A DNA stretch of 42,650 bases. It comes from Desulfuromonadales bacterium. GTDB lineage: Bacteria > Desulfobacterota > Desulfuromonadia > Desulfuromonadales > SZUA-540. The notes below the pieces were generated by a model. The model searched no databases. It saw only the letters and a program-made list of their open reading frames with translations, and was not told where the DNA came from. Made by a program: the position numbers and the translations under genes. This document shows, piece after piece, positions 17,985 through 27,831 of the stretch (position 1 is its first letter; every line of letters starts with the position of its first letter). The stretch lies in contig JAWSUS010000025.1 in the NCBI GenBank assembly GCA_033549025.1, positions 1 through 42,650 on the forward strand. Direction: 5' to 3'.

Positions 17985-18938
17985 ATGACAGAAGATAAAA
18001 TTCGGCTGGGCATCAGTTCCTGTCTGCTCGGCGAGAAGGTGCGTTTTGACGGGGGACACAAGCGGGACCCCTTTCTGACCGATTCTCTCGGTGCCTATGT
18101 CGAGTATGTGCCGGTCTGTCCCGAGGTCGAGGTGGGACTGTCGATCCCGCGGGAGGCCCTGCGACTGGTGGGGGATGTCGACGCGCCGCGGCTGGTCTTT
18201 TCGAAAAGCGGCGAGGACATTACCGAGCGCATGCAGGCCTGGGCGGCAAAAAAAGTGCGGGCGCTGGAGGCGGAGGGGCTGTGCGGGTTCATCTTCAAAT
18301 CCAAGTCGCCGAGCAGCGGCATGGAGCGGGTCAAGGTCTACGACGGCAATGGTGTGCCCAGCATGAAAGGCGTGGGGGTTTTCGCCCGCGCCTTCATGGA
18401 GCATTTTCCGCTGCTGCCGGTGGAAGAGGAAGGTCGGCTGCACGATCCGCTGTTGCGGGAAAATTTTATCGAGGCGATCTTTACGTTCAAACGCTGGCGG
18501 CAGATGCTCACCGCCGGTGGCGGCGCCGGGCGGCTGGTGGCCTTTCACACCGCCCACAAGCTGCAGATCATGAGCCACAGCGTTGAACTCTATCGGGAGA
18601 TGGGCAGGGTCGTGGCGACGGCAGGCCGCCTGAGTGAGCAGGAGCTTTTTGAAGGCTATCTGCCGCTGCTGGCCAAGGCCATGCGCCAGAAGCTGACGCT
18701 GGCCAAGCATACCAACGTCCTGCAGCACATCCTCGGCTATTTCAAGAAGCAGCTCAGTGCCGACGAGAAGCAGGAGATGCTGGAGATCATCGATCGCTAC
18801 CGGCGGGGAGAAATCCCCCTGATCGTACCTGTCACCCTGCTCAACCATTTCGTGCGCAAATACGATCAGCCCTACCTGCGGGACCAGGTTTATCTCAACC
18901 CCCACCCGCTGGAGCTGCGCCTGCGCAACCACGCCTGA
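17985..18938 (+). CDS. DUF523 + DUF1722 (YbgA / 2-thiouracil desulfurase-like) protein
   Basis: GISSCLLGEKVRFDGGHK, VCPEVEVGL..PRE, KSKSPS.G, EEEGRL and Q.YLNP.P.EL.LRN motifs. Confidence 0.9.
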   Translation: MTEDKIRLGISSCLLGEKVRFDGGHKRDPFLTDSLGAYVEYVPVCPEVEVGLSIPREALRLVGDVDAPRLVFSKSGEDITERMQAWAAKKVRALEAEGLCGFIFKSKSPSSGMERVKVYDGNGVPSMKGVGVFARAFMEHFPLLPVEEEGRLHDPLLRENFIEAIFTFKRWRQMLTAGGGAGRLVAFHTAHKLQIMSHSVELYREMGRVVATAGRLSEQELFEGYLPLLAKAMRQKLTLAKHTNVLQHILGYFKKQLSADEKQEMLEIIDRYRRGEIPLIVPVTLLNHFVRKYDQPYLRDQVYLNPHPLELRLRNHA

Positions 18939-18959
18939 AAAGGGGAGGGACGCGCTCCT

Positions 18960-19919
18960 TCAGGTCAGGCTGGCCAGCTGCCCCTGGTGGCGGTAGGCGA
19001 TGCGGTTGCGGCCCTGCTCCTTGGCCTGGTAGAGCAGACGGTCGGCTTCGCCCACCAGGTCGCTGGCAGCCCTCTCCTGGTCGGGATTGATGGTCGCCAG
19101 GCCGACACTGATCGTCACGATCGGTTGGGTGGGCGCCTTCGCATTGGGGATTTTCAGGTCGCGAACCGCATCCATGGCCTTGGCGACCAGGGGCAGAGCC
19201 TGCTTCTGGTCGGTGTTGCCGAAGACGAGGACGAACTCTTCCCCGCCGTAGCGGGCGCACAGATCTTCGGGACGCTGGCTGAACGCCTTGAGTACCCCTG
19301 CCACTTTAATCAGGCAGTCGTCGCCGGCCTGGTGCCCGTAGGTGTCGTTGAAAACCTTAAAATGGTCGATGTCGATCATGGCCAGGGTGATCGGCTGCCC
19401 ATACCGAACCGCCCGGCGCCATTCCCCGTGCAGAAATTCATCCAGGTGGCGACGGTTGGCGATCCCCGTCAGACCATCGAGGCGGGCCCGTTTGTGCACT
19501 TCCTCCTCGGCCAGTACCCGTTCAGTAATGTTGTGGTGGGAAATGACGTAAAGGGTCGTTTCGGGCAGGCGAAGGGGCGTGACGCGCATCATGAACCAGC
19601 GTTGTTCGTTAGGGCTGTGGCAGGGATACTCCAAATAAAACAGATCCGTCTGGCGATCGATGACCTGTTGAATCCCCTCCAGCGCCTGCAGGCCAAAATC
19701 TTCCCCTGCGTCCGCTGCCTGGCGGCAGATGCCCAGATAGTTGAGGTCCTGCCAGGAAACCTGCTCGGGGCCATCGTTCTGGCAGCAGAAATCCATCCAG
19801 GGGCGGTTGACAAAGACGATGCCGCCGTCGCCGTGGATGACCACGATATGTTCGGTGAGGGAATCGATCACCTGTCTGAGAAAGTCGGGGCTGTCGGCCA
19901 GGGCGGCATCCGTTGTCAT
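18960..19919 (-). CDS. PAS-GGDEF diguanylate cyclase
   Basis: DGLTGIANRR, DID.FK.FNDTYGH..GD, RPED I-site, GGEEF; N-terminal PAS-like domain. Confidence 0.95.
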   Translation of the reverse strand: MTTDAALADSPDFLRQVIDSLTEHIVVIHGDGGIVFVNRPWMDFCCQNDGPEQVSWQDLNYLGICRQAADAGEDFGLQALEGIQQVIDRQTDLFYLEYPCHSPNEQRWFMMRVTPLRLPETTLYVISHHNITERVLAEEEVHKRARLDGLTGIANRRHLDEFLHGEWRRAVRYGQPITLAMIDIDHFKVFNDTYGHQAGDDCLIKVAGVLKAFSQRPEDLCARYGGEEFVLVFGNTDQKQALPLVAKAMDAVRDLKIPNAKAPTQPIVTISVGLATINPDQERAASDLVGEADRLLYQAKEQGRNRIAYRHQGQLASLT

Positions 19920-19964
19920 AAGACCAATCCTCGGGGGGAATAGGGGGATGGATAAGGTTTCCCT

Positions 19965-20546
19965 TTACTCCGGTACCGTCGAGAGGCGTAAAAAACGCAC
20001 CTCCTCGGTGCTGTCAGCCGCTACGGGGATGAGGAGAAAGGCCAGTCCCGCTACCGAGGTGTGCTGGCGCGCCTTGCCCTGGCCGGCGGTGTCAAGGCCC
20101 AGTTCGACCTCTTGCCGGTAGGCACCGAGCAGGGGTTCCCCCGCTTTCAGGCCGGCCATGCCGGCCTGTGTTCCAAGGTGAAGGTGGCCGTCCTCTATCC
20201 TGAAATGCTCCCCTTCGACATAGCGGCCTGACTTGATCGTCTGGCGCCCCTGACGGGCCGTCACTTCCACCACATCAGCAGCCGTCTGAACGACCGTGAT
20301 GGTGTCGATCTCCGCATGATTCAAGGACGCGTCGTCCGGCCAGAGCAGGGCGGAGAGGTAGATCGGCCGATACCTTTCATCCCCTTCGCCTCTGTTTTGG
20401 TAGACCCCGCTGATTTCCTGCAGGCTGCTGACGGTCGCAAAGGGGCGATTGTCCGCAGGCGTTGCGGTAGTGGAGGCGCAGGCCCCGAGAAAAAGGAGAG
20501 AGCTCAGAAGGATGGCGATGGGCGGTGTCATGAAGAAAGCATACAC
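19965..20546 (-). CDS. Hypothetical lipoprotein
   Basis: Lipobox FLGAC after a hydrophobic stretch; start could be ATG 20531. Confidence 0.7.
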   Translation of the reverse strand: MYAFFMTPPIAILLSSLLFLGACASTTATPADNRPFATVSSLQEISGVYQNRGEGDERYRPIYLSALLWPDDASLNHAEIDTITVVQTAADVVEVTARQGRQTIKSGRYVEGEHFRIEDGHLHLGTQAGMAGLKAGEPLLGAYRQEVELGLDTAGQGKARQHTSVAGLAFLLIPVAADSTEEVRFLRLSTVPE

Positions 20547-20589
20547 GATTTTGCCCCCTCCATCTTGGCTGGGCCGTTTTGCCGGTCAG

Positions 20590-20931
20590 TCAGGCCTTTT
20601 TGACGAATTCGGATTTGAGCTGCATGGCGCCGAAACCGTCGATCCGGCAGTCGATATTGTGATCCCCGTCGATGAGGCGGATGCTCTTCACGCGGGTGCC
20701 GACCTTGAGCGCCGATGAGGCTCCTTTGACTTTGAGGTCTTTGATGATGGTAACGGCGTCGCCGTCCTGGAGTTCGTTGCCGAAGGCGTCGCGGACGACA
20801 GGCTTCTCTTCCGTCGTCTCGGACCCTGCGTCCTGCGGCCATTCGTGGGCGCATTCGGGACAGACGTAAAGGGGGCCGTCTTCATAGGTGTAGGTGCCGT
20901 GGCATTGGGGGCATTCGGGGAGTGTGCTCAT
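20590..20931 (-). CDS. yjdM: Zinc-ribbon protein YjdM/PhnA family
   Basis: LPECPQC...[41 protein letters not shown]. Confidence 0.92.
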   Translation of the reverse strand: MSTLPECPQCHGTYTYEDGPLYVCPECAHEWPQDAGSETTEEKPVVRDAFGNELQDGDAVTIIKDLKVKGASSALKVGTRVKSIRLIDGDHNIDCRIDGFGAMQLKSEFVKKA

Positions 20932-21144
20932 GGAAAACTCTTTCGGTTGGTTGGCTATAAGATCGATGGATGAACGGAGCATACCCTGTTTGCCCGCCGA
21001 ACGGAACCCGCAAAGTGTCGTGGGGAATCCCGTCGGGCTCCACCCCCTTTTCTCAGCATTGCTCGAACAGCTTGTTTTTGCGTGGAAAGCGGGACTATAA
21101 TCCGGCCTGAATGGTACTCTTGAATCCCTTGGAGGGAGTTAGGC

Positions 21145-22707
21145 ATGAAAAGACGTTTCGGGGTGTGGCGGACCCTTTTATTGATGGGCATGCTGGCGGC
21201 GGGATCCTTGGCGGATGGAGCCTGGCGGGAGGTTTCCGCCGAGGCAATCAGCCCCGCTGCGCTGGCGCAACGGGATGAGCTGAGCCGCGAGGGGCAGTGG
21301 CTGGCACTCTTGGCCGCGGCCGACGAAGATATGCGGCAGTCACCGGAGGCGGTTGAGCCCGTGATCTACACGCTGCGGGCTCTACGCATGCTGGGGCACC
21401 TGGAGCCGGCTCGAAGCCTGGCCCGCAAAAAGCTGACGTTGTTTGGTGAGCGGGCGGAGTTCTGGCTGGAAAAAGCCTGGGTCGAAGTCCTGGCGGGAGA
21501 TTACCAGACAGGTCTCGCCGACGCCGACCGGGCCGCAGCCCTCAGACCGGATCTGGCCGAGGCGGCCTTGCTGCAAGGCGTCATCCACCGGGAACAGGAG
21601 AATTGGCGCACCGCCGAAACGGCTTTTGCCCGGGCCGAAGCGCTACGCCCCAACGATCCTCTCGTTCTCCTCAACCGAGGCCGTATCGCTGTCGAACAGG
21701 GCCGCTGGGAGGCGGCCATCGACCTGTTGAGCCGCAGCCTGACTCTCCGGGCGGACAGCGCCGAGGCGTCCTTTCATCGCGGCAGGGCCTATGCGGCCAA
21801 AGGGGATCTGGCGGCGGCCAGTCACGACTTTACCCAGGCCATCCTGCAGCGTCCCGAGGTGGCGGCGCCCTATGTTGCCCGCGCGGAAGTTCTGGCCCGG
21901 GGGGGGATGTGGGCGCGGGCCGCTGACGATGCCGACACGGCCCTTGCCCTCGGTGCTAAAAGCCTGAGCGCCCACCTGGTCACCTGTCGCGCGGCCGAGG
22001 CCCTGGAGGCCTGGCCCGGCCTGGAGCGGCGGGCCAAGGCCCTGATCGCCGCATTTCCGGCCGAGGCGCAGGGCTATCGCTTTTACTCCCAGGCGTTGAA
22101 TAATCTGGGAAGAACGGCCGCAGCGCTGCAGGCCTGCGATGAGGCGGTGCGCCTGGCGCCCGATGACGATCTGTTGCGGCTTGAACGGGCCACCCTGCAG
22201 ATCGCCATGCAGCAGTATGCGGCTGCCGTGGACGATTGCACCGCCGTGCTGCGCCGGGAGCCGCTGGCCCTCGGCTATGCCCTGCGCGGTCTGGCCTGGC
22301 TGCGCCAGCACGATCTGAACCGGGCCGAAGAAAACGCCGTCAATGCTCTAACCCTCGATTCCGCTGCCGCTACGGCCCATCTGGTGCTGGCCGAGGTGCA
22401 ACTGGCCCGCAGTCAAAACACCCAGGCCCTGGCCTCGGCCCGACGGGCCCTGCACCTGGCGCCGCAGCTTTCCTGGGCCCAGGTGGTTCATGGCCAGGCC
22501 CTGCTGGCGATGGGACAGACGGCTGAGGCGTTGGAGGCGGCGAGTCAGACTATTGCCCAATCACCGGAGAGCGCCCAGGCCTATGCTCTGCGGGTGCGCT
22601 GCTACGTTGCCCTGGGCCAGAAACAGGTGGCCCGTAACGACCTGGCCGAACTGGTTCGCCTCGATCCTGCCCTTGGACAGCAGGTGCGGGACGCATTCCT
22701 TCCATAA
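21145..22707 (+). CDS. Exported tetratricopeptide-repeat protein
   Basis: Signal peptide; many 34-aa TPR units (e.g. RGRAY..KGD..AA..DF..AI...P); GGAG RBS. Confidence 0.9.
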   Translation: MKRRFGVWRTLLLMGMLAAGSLADGAWREVSAEAISPAALAQRDELSREGQWLALLAAADEDMRQSPEAVEPVIYTLRALRMLGHLEPARSLARKKLTLFGERAEFWLEKAWVEVLAGDYQTGLADADRAAALRPDLAEAALLQGVIHREQENWRTAETAFARAEALRPNDPLVLLNRGRIAVEQGRWEAAIDLLSRSLTLRADSAEASFHRGRAYAAKGDLAAASHDFTQAILQRPEVAAPYVARAEVLARGGMWARAADDADTALALGAKSLSAHLVTCRAAEALEAWPGLERRAKALIAAFPAEAQGYRFYSQALNNLGRTAAALQACDEAVRLAPDDDLLRLERATLQIAMQQYAAAVDDCTAVLRREPLALGYALRGLAWLRQHDLNRAEENAVNALTLDSAAATAHLVLAEVQLARSQNTQALASARRALHLAPQLSWAQVVHGQALLAMGQTAEALEAASQTIAQSPESAQAYALRVRCYVALGQKQVARNDLAELVRLDPALGQQVRDAFLP

Positions 22708-22722
22708 AGAGAGGCCGTTGCC

Positions 22723-23814
22723 ATGAAATGTAAAACTATCGCGATCACTCTGGCGGGTATCCTGGGTTGTGGCGGATTTTTCAGCGGTTCGGGGTGGGCC
22801 GGGGCCATTCCCGAAGCGACCTATCAGGTCGATTGCCGCGGCACCATCGACTCCTGGGTCATGAGCGGCGTGGTCAAGAGGGGGGACTGCTATTGTCCGT
22901 CTTCGACCTCGGAACCGGTCTGCAGCTTCAGTTCCAGTGGCAGTTCCTCGTCAGGTTCCAGCCCCGCCTATCGCCCCTCGTCCCGGCCAAAGAGCAACCC
23001 CAACGCCGAATTGTCGGCTTATGTCACCGGTATGGTTGTGCAGCAGCTGCTCAACCTCGTCTTCGCGCCGCCGTCCACCTCGGCGGCGGAGGCGGAGAAA
23101 GCGCGGGCGCAGGCCGAATGGGAGCAGCAACAACAGATTCTGAAGGCCCGCCAAGAGCGAGCGCAGCAGGCGACCCGTCTGCGCTCGGCCTGGGATCAGC
23201 GGGACAAGGAGTCTTCCGAGGCTTTGAGCGATTTTTTCAGTGTGCCCGGAAGTGCCTATAACGGGGGAGATGCCGTGGCGCTTAACGGCGACGGTATCGT
23301 GGGAGTGGTGCCGATCCTCGGGACGGGGGCGCCTGAGGCGCCGCTGCCCTCCATGGCCAGCCGGAGGCCGGCTTTGAACACCACCACCTCCGCCCTGCAG
23401 GAAGACATCCTCAACAAGGGGGCCGAGTCCGCCCATGAGGTGGCCTGGTCATCGGTCAAGGATGCCATTTTTAAGGCGCTGCCCGACCGCTGGGAAAACG
23501 CTCGCCAGGCCGTGGAGCATATCGGCGAGGTGCGGGACTGGACCGGAGAACTCCTCGCCGCCATGGAGCCGGAAACCCTGACAGCCGCCGCCGCTTCCGC
23601 CCGGCCGGAGAAGTCCTGGCGCGTGCTTGATTCTCTCGACAGCGTCAGTCGCAAAGCGCCGGAAGCCAAGCTGGCGGAGGAGATGGAGGTCGGCGTCAGG
23701 CTTCTTCGCGGTGAAGAGCTGGCCGCCGACCAGGCCAAGACCTATGCTTTCGGCTTTTTAAAAGGTTTTCTGGTCGAAAAAGGCACCGAGGGTATGCTGT
23801 CAGGCGGATTCTAG
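22723..23814 (+). CDS. Exported hypothetical protein (Cys-rich N-domain, Ser linker, coiled coil)
   Basis: Signal peptide, GAGG RBS, 15 nt after the TPR gene. Confidence 0.75.
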   Translation: MKCKTIAITLAGILGCGGFFSGSGWAGAIPEATYQVDCRGTIDSWVMSGVVKRGDCYCPSSTSEPVCSFSSSGSSSSGSSPAYRPSSRPKSNPNAELSAYVTGMVVQQLLNLVFAPPSTSAAEAEKARAQAEWEQQQQILKARQERAQQATRLRSAWDQRDKESSEALSDFFSVPGSAYNGGDAVALNGDGIVGVVPILGTGAPEAPLPSMASRRPALNTTTSALQEDILNKGAESAHEVAWSSVKDAIFKALPDRWENARQAVEHIGEVRDWTGELLAAMEPETLTAAAASARPEKSWRVLDSLDSVSRKAPEAKLAEEMEVGVRLLRGEELAADQAKTYAFGFLKGFLVEKGTEGMLSGGF

Positions 23815-23820
23815 TCCCCT

Positions 23821-25137
23821 TCAGCGCCTGAGGGCGATCTCCTGCTGCAGGGCGCCAAGAATCGGTCGCAGTACATCGAGGCGCTGGCGACAGAGGATGG
23901 CCAGCTCACGGTCCGGCGCCGGATCGCCTTCCCCTTTTTCCACCATGGCTTGGGCGCGGTCCTTGGCGCGCTCGGACTGCTCGTTGAGGTCGAGGGCCGC
24001 TCGCTCAATCCGCGTCACCAGGCCGAGCAGATCATCCATACTCCCCTCCCGGAGTGTTTTCGGCAGGGAGCGGTTCTTCGCCTCCAGCAGCATGTTGTTG
24101 CTCCAGCGCAGCATCTCGGCGGCGCTCTTCCCCGACAACTCAGGGGTGTCGATGAAATCCTCCACCGGCGGCTCACTCACGGGGCGCAGGATGACCTGGG
24201 CCGGTGAGCCATTCTCCAGCAGGACGCTGGCCGCTGTCAGGGAGCGGGCGCTGCGCAGGTAGCCCGTTACCGGCTTCCAGCCGCCGTCCGCTTCACGTTT
24301 GGCCACCACAATACTTTCCTGGGGCGTCGATTTCCACGTCGGCCGGGTCGGAAAGATGAACAGCTTGGCGACCTTGGCTGAGTCACCGGTCGTGTCCGGG
24401 TTCGCCGTAGTTGCGGCCGCGAGTCGGCGTCGGGCTGTTTTCAGGTCCTGTTCCGTCGGGGTGTTCGGCACCTCAAAACCCAGAAACGTCCATATCGATA
24501 CCCCGTCGAGGTCTTTCTGCTGTAGACGCGCCGCCCGATCTCGCACGGCCTGCTGAAGCTGGGTTTGATCGGCCTGGCGCAGGGCCTGTACAATAGCCTC
24601 GATGGTCGCCTTCTGCCCCAGCTCAATGGAGGAATCGTAGATGCTGGTGTTCGTCATGCCACCTGATGCACGCACATCGGCGGGGCCCGGTACCGGCAGC
24701 AGGGCAAGGGGGGTGAGCAGAGTCCCCCAATCGGCCCGTTTGGTCTGGAAGTGTACCGGTGCTAGTTGTTGACGACCCTCTTTGATGAGTAGTGCGGCAG
24801 TCACGTCGGTATCGGTGGTGGTGGAGTGATACCCCGGCAGGGCAAAGAGATTGAAGGCGTTAATCAGCATGGAGGGATTGAAGGGATTGCGGCTTTTGCT
24901 GCTGATTTCGGTCGTTATCGGGATAGCGGTCATGTCGTTGGAAAAAATGAGGGGATAGATTTTCTGGGCCCGCGCCTGCCAGGAGTCGTCGACCAGGTGA
25001 ACCTGGACGCCATCAAGGCTGGCAGTAGCGGCGTTTTCCCCAGGTTTGAGAGTGCTGACGGTTCGAGTTGACACGCAGCCGGAGAGCAGGCAGACGGCGG
25101 CAAGCAGGGCCAGTATTTTGTGATGGAAAAGCCGCAT
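23821..25137 (-). CDS. Hypothetical lipoprotein, paralog A
   Basis: AGGAGG RBS, lipobox LLSGC; C-terminal domain nearly identical to the neighbouring gene. Confidence 0.85.
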   Translation of the reverse strand: MRLFHHKILALLAAVCLLSGCVSTRTVSTLKPGENAATASLDGVQVHLVDDSWQARAQKIYPLIFSNDMTAIPITTEISSKSRNPFNPSMLINAFNLFALPGYHSTTTDTDVTAALLIKEGRQQLAPVHFQTKRADWGTLLTPLALLPVPGPADVRASGGMTNTSIYDSSIELGQKATIEAIVQALRQADQTQLQQAVRDRAARLQQKDLDGVSIWTFLGFEVPNTPTEQDLKTARRRLAAATTANPDTTGDSAKVAKLFIFPTRPTWKSTPQESIVVAKREADGGWKPVTGYLRSARSLTAASVLLENGSPAQVILRPVSEPPVEDFIDTPELSGKSAAEMLRWSNNMLLEAKNRSLPKTLREGSMDDLLGLVTRIERAALDLNEQSERAKDRAQAMVEKGEGDPAPDRELAILCRQRLDVLRPILGALQQEIALRR

Positions 25138-25165
25138 AAGAAAACCTCCTGAAACGAATGGAATA

Positions 25166-26488
25166 TTAACGGCTGCGAAGGGCGATTTCCTGCTGGATGG
25201 CGCCAAGAATCGGCCGCAGCACGTCGAGGCGCTGACGACAGAGGATGGCCAGTTCGCGGTCCGGTCCCGGATCGCCTTCCCCTTTTTCCACCATAGCCTG
25301 GGCCCGGTCCTTGGCGCGCTCGGCCTGCTCGTTGAGGTCGAGCGCCGCCTTTTCGATGCGGGTCACCAGGGCAAGCAGATCTTCCCGGGGTTTCTCCTGC
25401 AGCATCCTCGGCAGGGAGCGGTTCTTGGCCTCGATAAGGATGCCGTTGTTCCAGCGCAGGTACTCGGCACTCATCTCGGCCGGCTCAATGAAGTCCTCCA
25501 GGGGCGGTTCGCTCACCGGGCGCACCAGGATGCGGCTCGGCCGGCCATCCTCCAGCAGGGCGCTGACAGTGGTCAACTCCCCGGCGCTGTGCAGGTAGCC
25601 CGAGTCGGGCTGCCAACCCCCCCTCTCGTTGCGTCGGGCCACGATGATCTCCTGCAGCGGAGCGCTTTTTTCCCGTGCTTTTTCATCATAGACGCGCACG
25701 CTGTAAGCAGAGGCCGCCCACTGGGTCGTCATTCCCTCGGGGATGTAGGGGGCGAGTACCAGCCAGTGTGGTTTGCCCTCGATGTAGATCTCCTGCTGGG
25801 TCGACGCGTCGCGATCCCGGTAGGCCGCTCGCAGGCGGGCGGGATCGGCCTGGCGCAGCGCCTGAACCGTCGCTTCAATGAGCGAGTCCCGGCTGAACTC
25901 GACGGGCTTGTTGGTATTGTAGGCGTCCTTGGACAGGGGGATAAAAAGGAAGATGCCGTCTCGCGGCAGGTCCGACGGCCCCCCGATGGGAATGGCGCCG
26001 AGCGGTCCGATGAGGCTCATCCAGTAGACATCCTCGCGTTGCACGGAAACCGCGGTCGGATGGAGGGCTTTAGCGCCATCCCCCTGCACGGTCACGGCAA
26101 AATCCATCTTGTCGTGGTTGGGAAAGGGGATGAGCCCTAAGGTGAGGGCGGTGAGCAAGGCACCCTTGACGCCGATTTTGGGATTGGCGTCGACGGCCAC
26201 CTCGATGGGCAGGGCCGAGGTGTCGTTCGAGAAAATGGCGGGGTAAAGCTGCCGGGCCCGTTCGGCAAAGGGCCCAGTCTCAGCCAGGGGCTTCAAGCGG
26301 TACGACACCCCGGCATCGCTGGTGTCGTAGGGCAGGGACAGGGCCACGATTCGGAAGCGGCTATCTTCTATCGTCTGTGCCGGATCACCTGAATACTTCA
26401 GTGATGAGGTGTAACGGGCCGAGCCGCAGCCGCTGAGCATCAGCGCCGCTACGGCCAGAAAAATCCATCGCGTCCGTAAAACAGTCAT
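25166..26488 (-). CDS. Hypothetical lipoprotein, paralog B
   Basis: GGAGG RBS, lipobox MLSGC; homologous to 23821-25137. Confidence 0.85.
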   Translation of the reverse strand: MTVLRTRWIFLAVAALMLSGCGSARYTSSLKYSGDPAQTIEDSRFRIVALSLPYDTSDAGVSYRLKPLAETGPFAERARQLYPAIFSNDTSALPIEVAVDANPKIGVKGALLTALTLGLIPFPNHDKMDFAVTVQGDGAKALHPTAVSVQREDVYWMSLIGPLGAIPIGGPSDLPRDGIFLFIPLSKDAYNTNKPVEFSRDSLIEATVQALRQADPARLRAAYRDRDASTQQEIYIEGKPHWLVLAPYIPEGMTTQWAASAYSVRVYDEKAREKSAPLQEIIVARRNERGGWQPDSGYLHSAGELTTVSALLEDGRPSRILVRPVSEPPLEDFIEPAEMSAEYLRWNNGILIEAKNRSLPRMLQEKPREDLLALVTRIEKAALDLNEQAERAKDRAQAMVEKGEGDPGPDRELAILCRQRLDVLRPILGAIQQEIALRSR

Positions 26489-26691
26489 GGTGTTCCCTCC
26501 CCCAGGAAAAAATGGCAGAAAATGCAGACCTCCTCCATAGGCCAGGACCAGACAAACGCCCCTCTCTAAACGCTTTTTGCCCGTCACAAGCCAACAGGTT
26601 CAGAATAATTTCTTTTTTGGAAAAATGCCACGAATCTCTTTGGTGGAGACTGAAAGAGGGAAGCTCTAGCGGTCAACGGGAGAGAAAGGCT

Positions 26692-27162
26692 TCAGCCCTT
26701 GGCAGTGGCCGCCCGAGCCAGGCGGGTGAGGGTGCGATCGAGGGTGGCGGCGAAGCGTTTGCGGTCGTTGGGGCCAAAAGGGGCGGGGCCGCCGGAGACG
26801 ACGCCGTCGTTGCGCAGGTCGGCGAGCAGGTCGCGCAGGGAGAGGCGTTCGCCGACGTTGTTTTGGTCGAGCAGGTCGCCGCGCGGATCGATGACCTCGC
26901 CGCCGGCAGCGACGACGCGGGCCGCCAGGGGGATGTCGGCGCTGATCACCAAGTCGCCGGGGGCGACGGATTCGGCGATGTGGTCGTCGGCGGCGTCGAA
27001 GCCGTTATGCACGTGCACCGAGGTGATGAGCGGCGAGTGATGCCGGCTCATCGGCTGGTTGGCCACCAGGCAGACGGGAATCTGCAGGCGCTGCGCCGCC
27101 TTGAAAACGAGTTCGCGGGCCTGACGCGGACAGGCATCGGCGTCGATCCAGATGGTCATCAC
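26692..27162 (-). CDS. yaiI: YaiI/YqxD (UPF0178) family protein
   Basis: [32 protein letters not shown] and GGP..F...DR..FA motifs. Confidence 0.92.
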   Translation of the reverse strand: MMTIWIDADACPRQARELVFKAAQRLQIPVCLVANQPMSRHHSPLITSVHVHNGFDAADDHIAESVAPGDLVISADIPLAARVVAAGGEVIDPRGDLLDQNNVGERLSLRDLLADLRNDGVVSGGPAPFGPNDRKRFAATLDRTLTRLARAATAKG

Positions 27163-27701
27163 CGTTCCCCCTGAATGAGGTGCAGCGGGGCCTCCAGGGT
27201 TTCACCGCCGCAGGAAAGGTAAAGCGTCCCCTCGGTGACGGTGAGGGACCAGTTGACGGCTCGCTCCAGGCTGGCGGCCAGGCGGCCGATAAAATCGGCG
27301 TCGAGGGCGAGGATGGTCAGGTTGGGCACGGAGGCCAGTTTGGCCTGATGCTGTTCCAGCCAGCGCCGCAGGCCGCTGCCGCTGGCGACCAGCACCACCC
27401 GCCCGGCGTGGCGGCTCGCCTTGCGCAGACGTTCGGCGTCGGGCAGGCCGACCTCGATCCACTCCCGCACGCGGCCGTCCGCCTCCCGGCTCCACAGATC
27501 CGGCTCGTCCCCGGCGCAAATTCCCTTGGTAAAGCCGAGTTCCTCATGATGGCAGAGGGCGTAGGCCAGCAGGCGGGTCACCAGTCGCTCCGCCGTCTCG
27601 GAGGGGTGGCGGGCCGCCGTCGTTTCAAGACGTGCGTAACAGCCGCGGTCGAGATCGGCAAGATCGATGGCGACGCGATAAATCGTGGCCGGCAGGGCCA
27701 T
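27159..27701 (-). CDS. yaeQ: YaeQ family protein
   Basis: [20 protein letters not shown]....DEPDLW, WIEVG.PD..RL.KA motifs. Confidence 0.93.
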   Translation of the reverse strand: MALPATIYRVAIDLADLDRGCYARLETTAARHPSETAERLVTRLLAYALCHHEELGFTKGICAGDEPDLWSREADGRVREWIEVGLPDAERLRKASRHAGRVVLVASGSGLRRWLEQHQAKLASVPNLTILALDADFIGRLAASLERAVNWSLTVTEGTLYLSCGGETLEAPLHLIQGER

Positions 27702-27738
27702 GGGCGAATCCTTTGATGGGGGGAATGATCGAAGGGCG

Positions 27739-27767
27739 AGTATGGGCAATGTCGCCGCCCCTGTCAA
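27739..27767 (-). promoter_or_regulatory. Sigma70 promoter for yaeQ-yaiI
   Basis: Minus strand TTGACA-N17-CATACT. Confidence 0.65.
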
Positions 27768-27831
27768 CCGGCCTGGCGGGGCGCGGCTCTTCCCGAAGAG
27801 GGATGACACATTCCTGTGCAGTCGCACACCG

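Noticed and set aside
14399..18932. 678-aa and 663-aa minus-strand ORFs
   Set aside because: Shadows of recQ and of the radical SAM/DUF523 genes
22905..22985. Ser-rich low-complexity stretch as a tandem repeat or array
   Set aside because: Mixed Ser codons within a CDS linker, with no repeat-spacer structure
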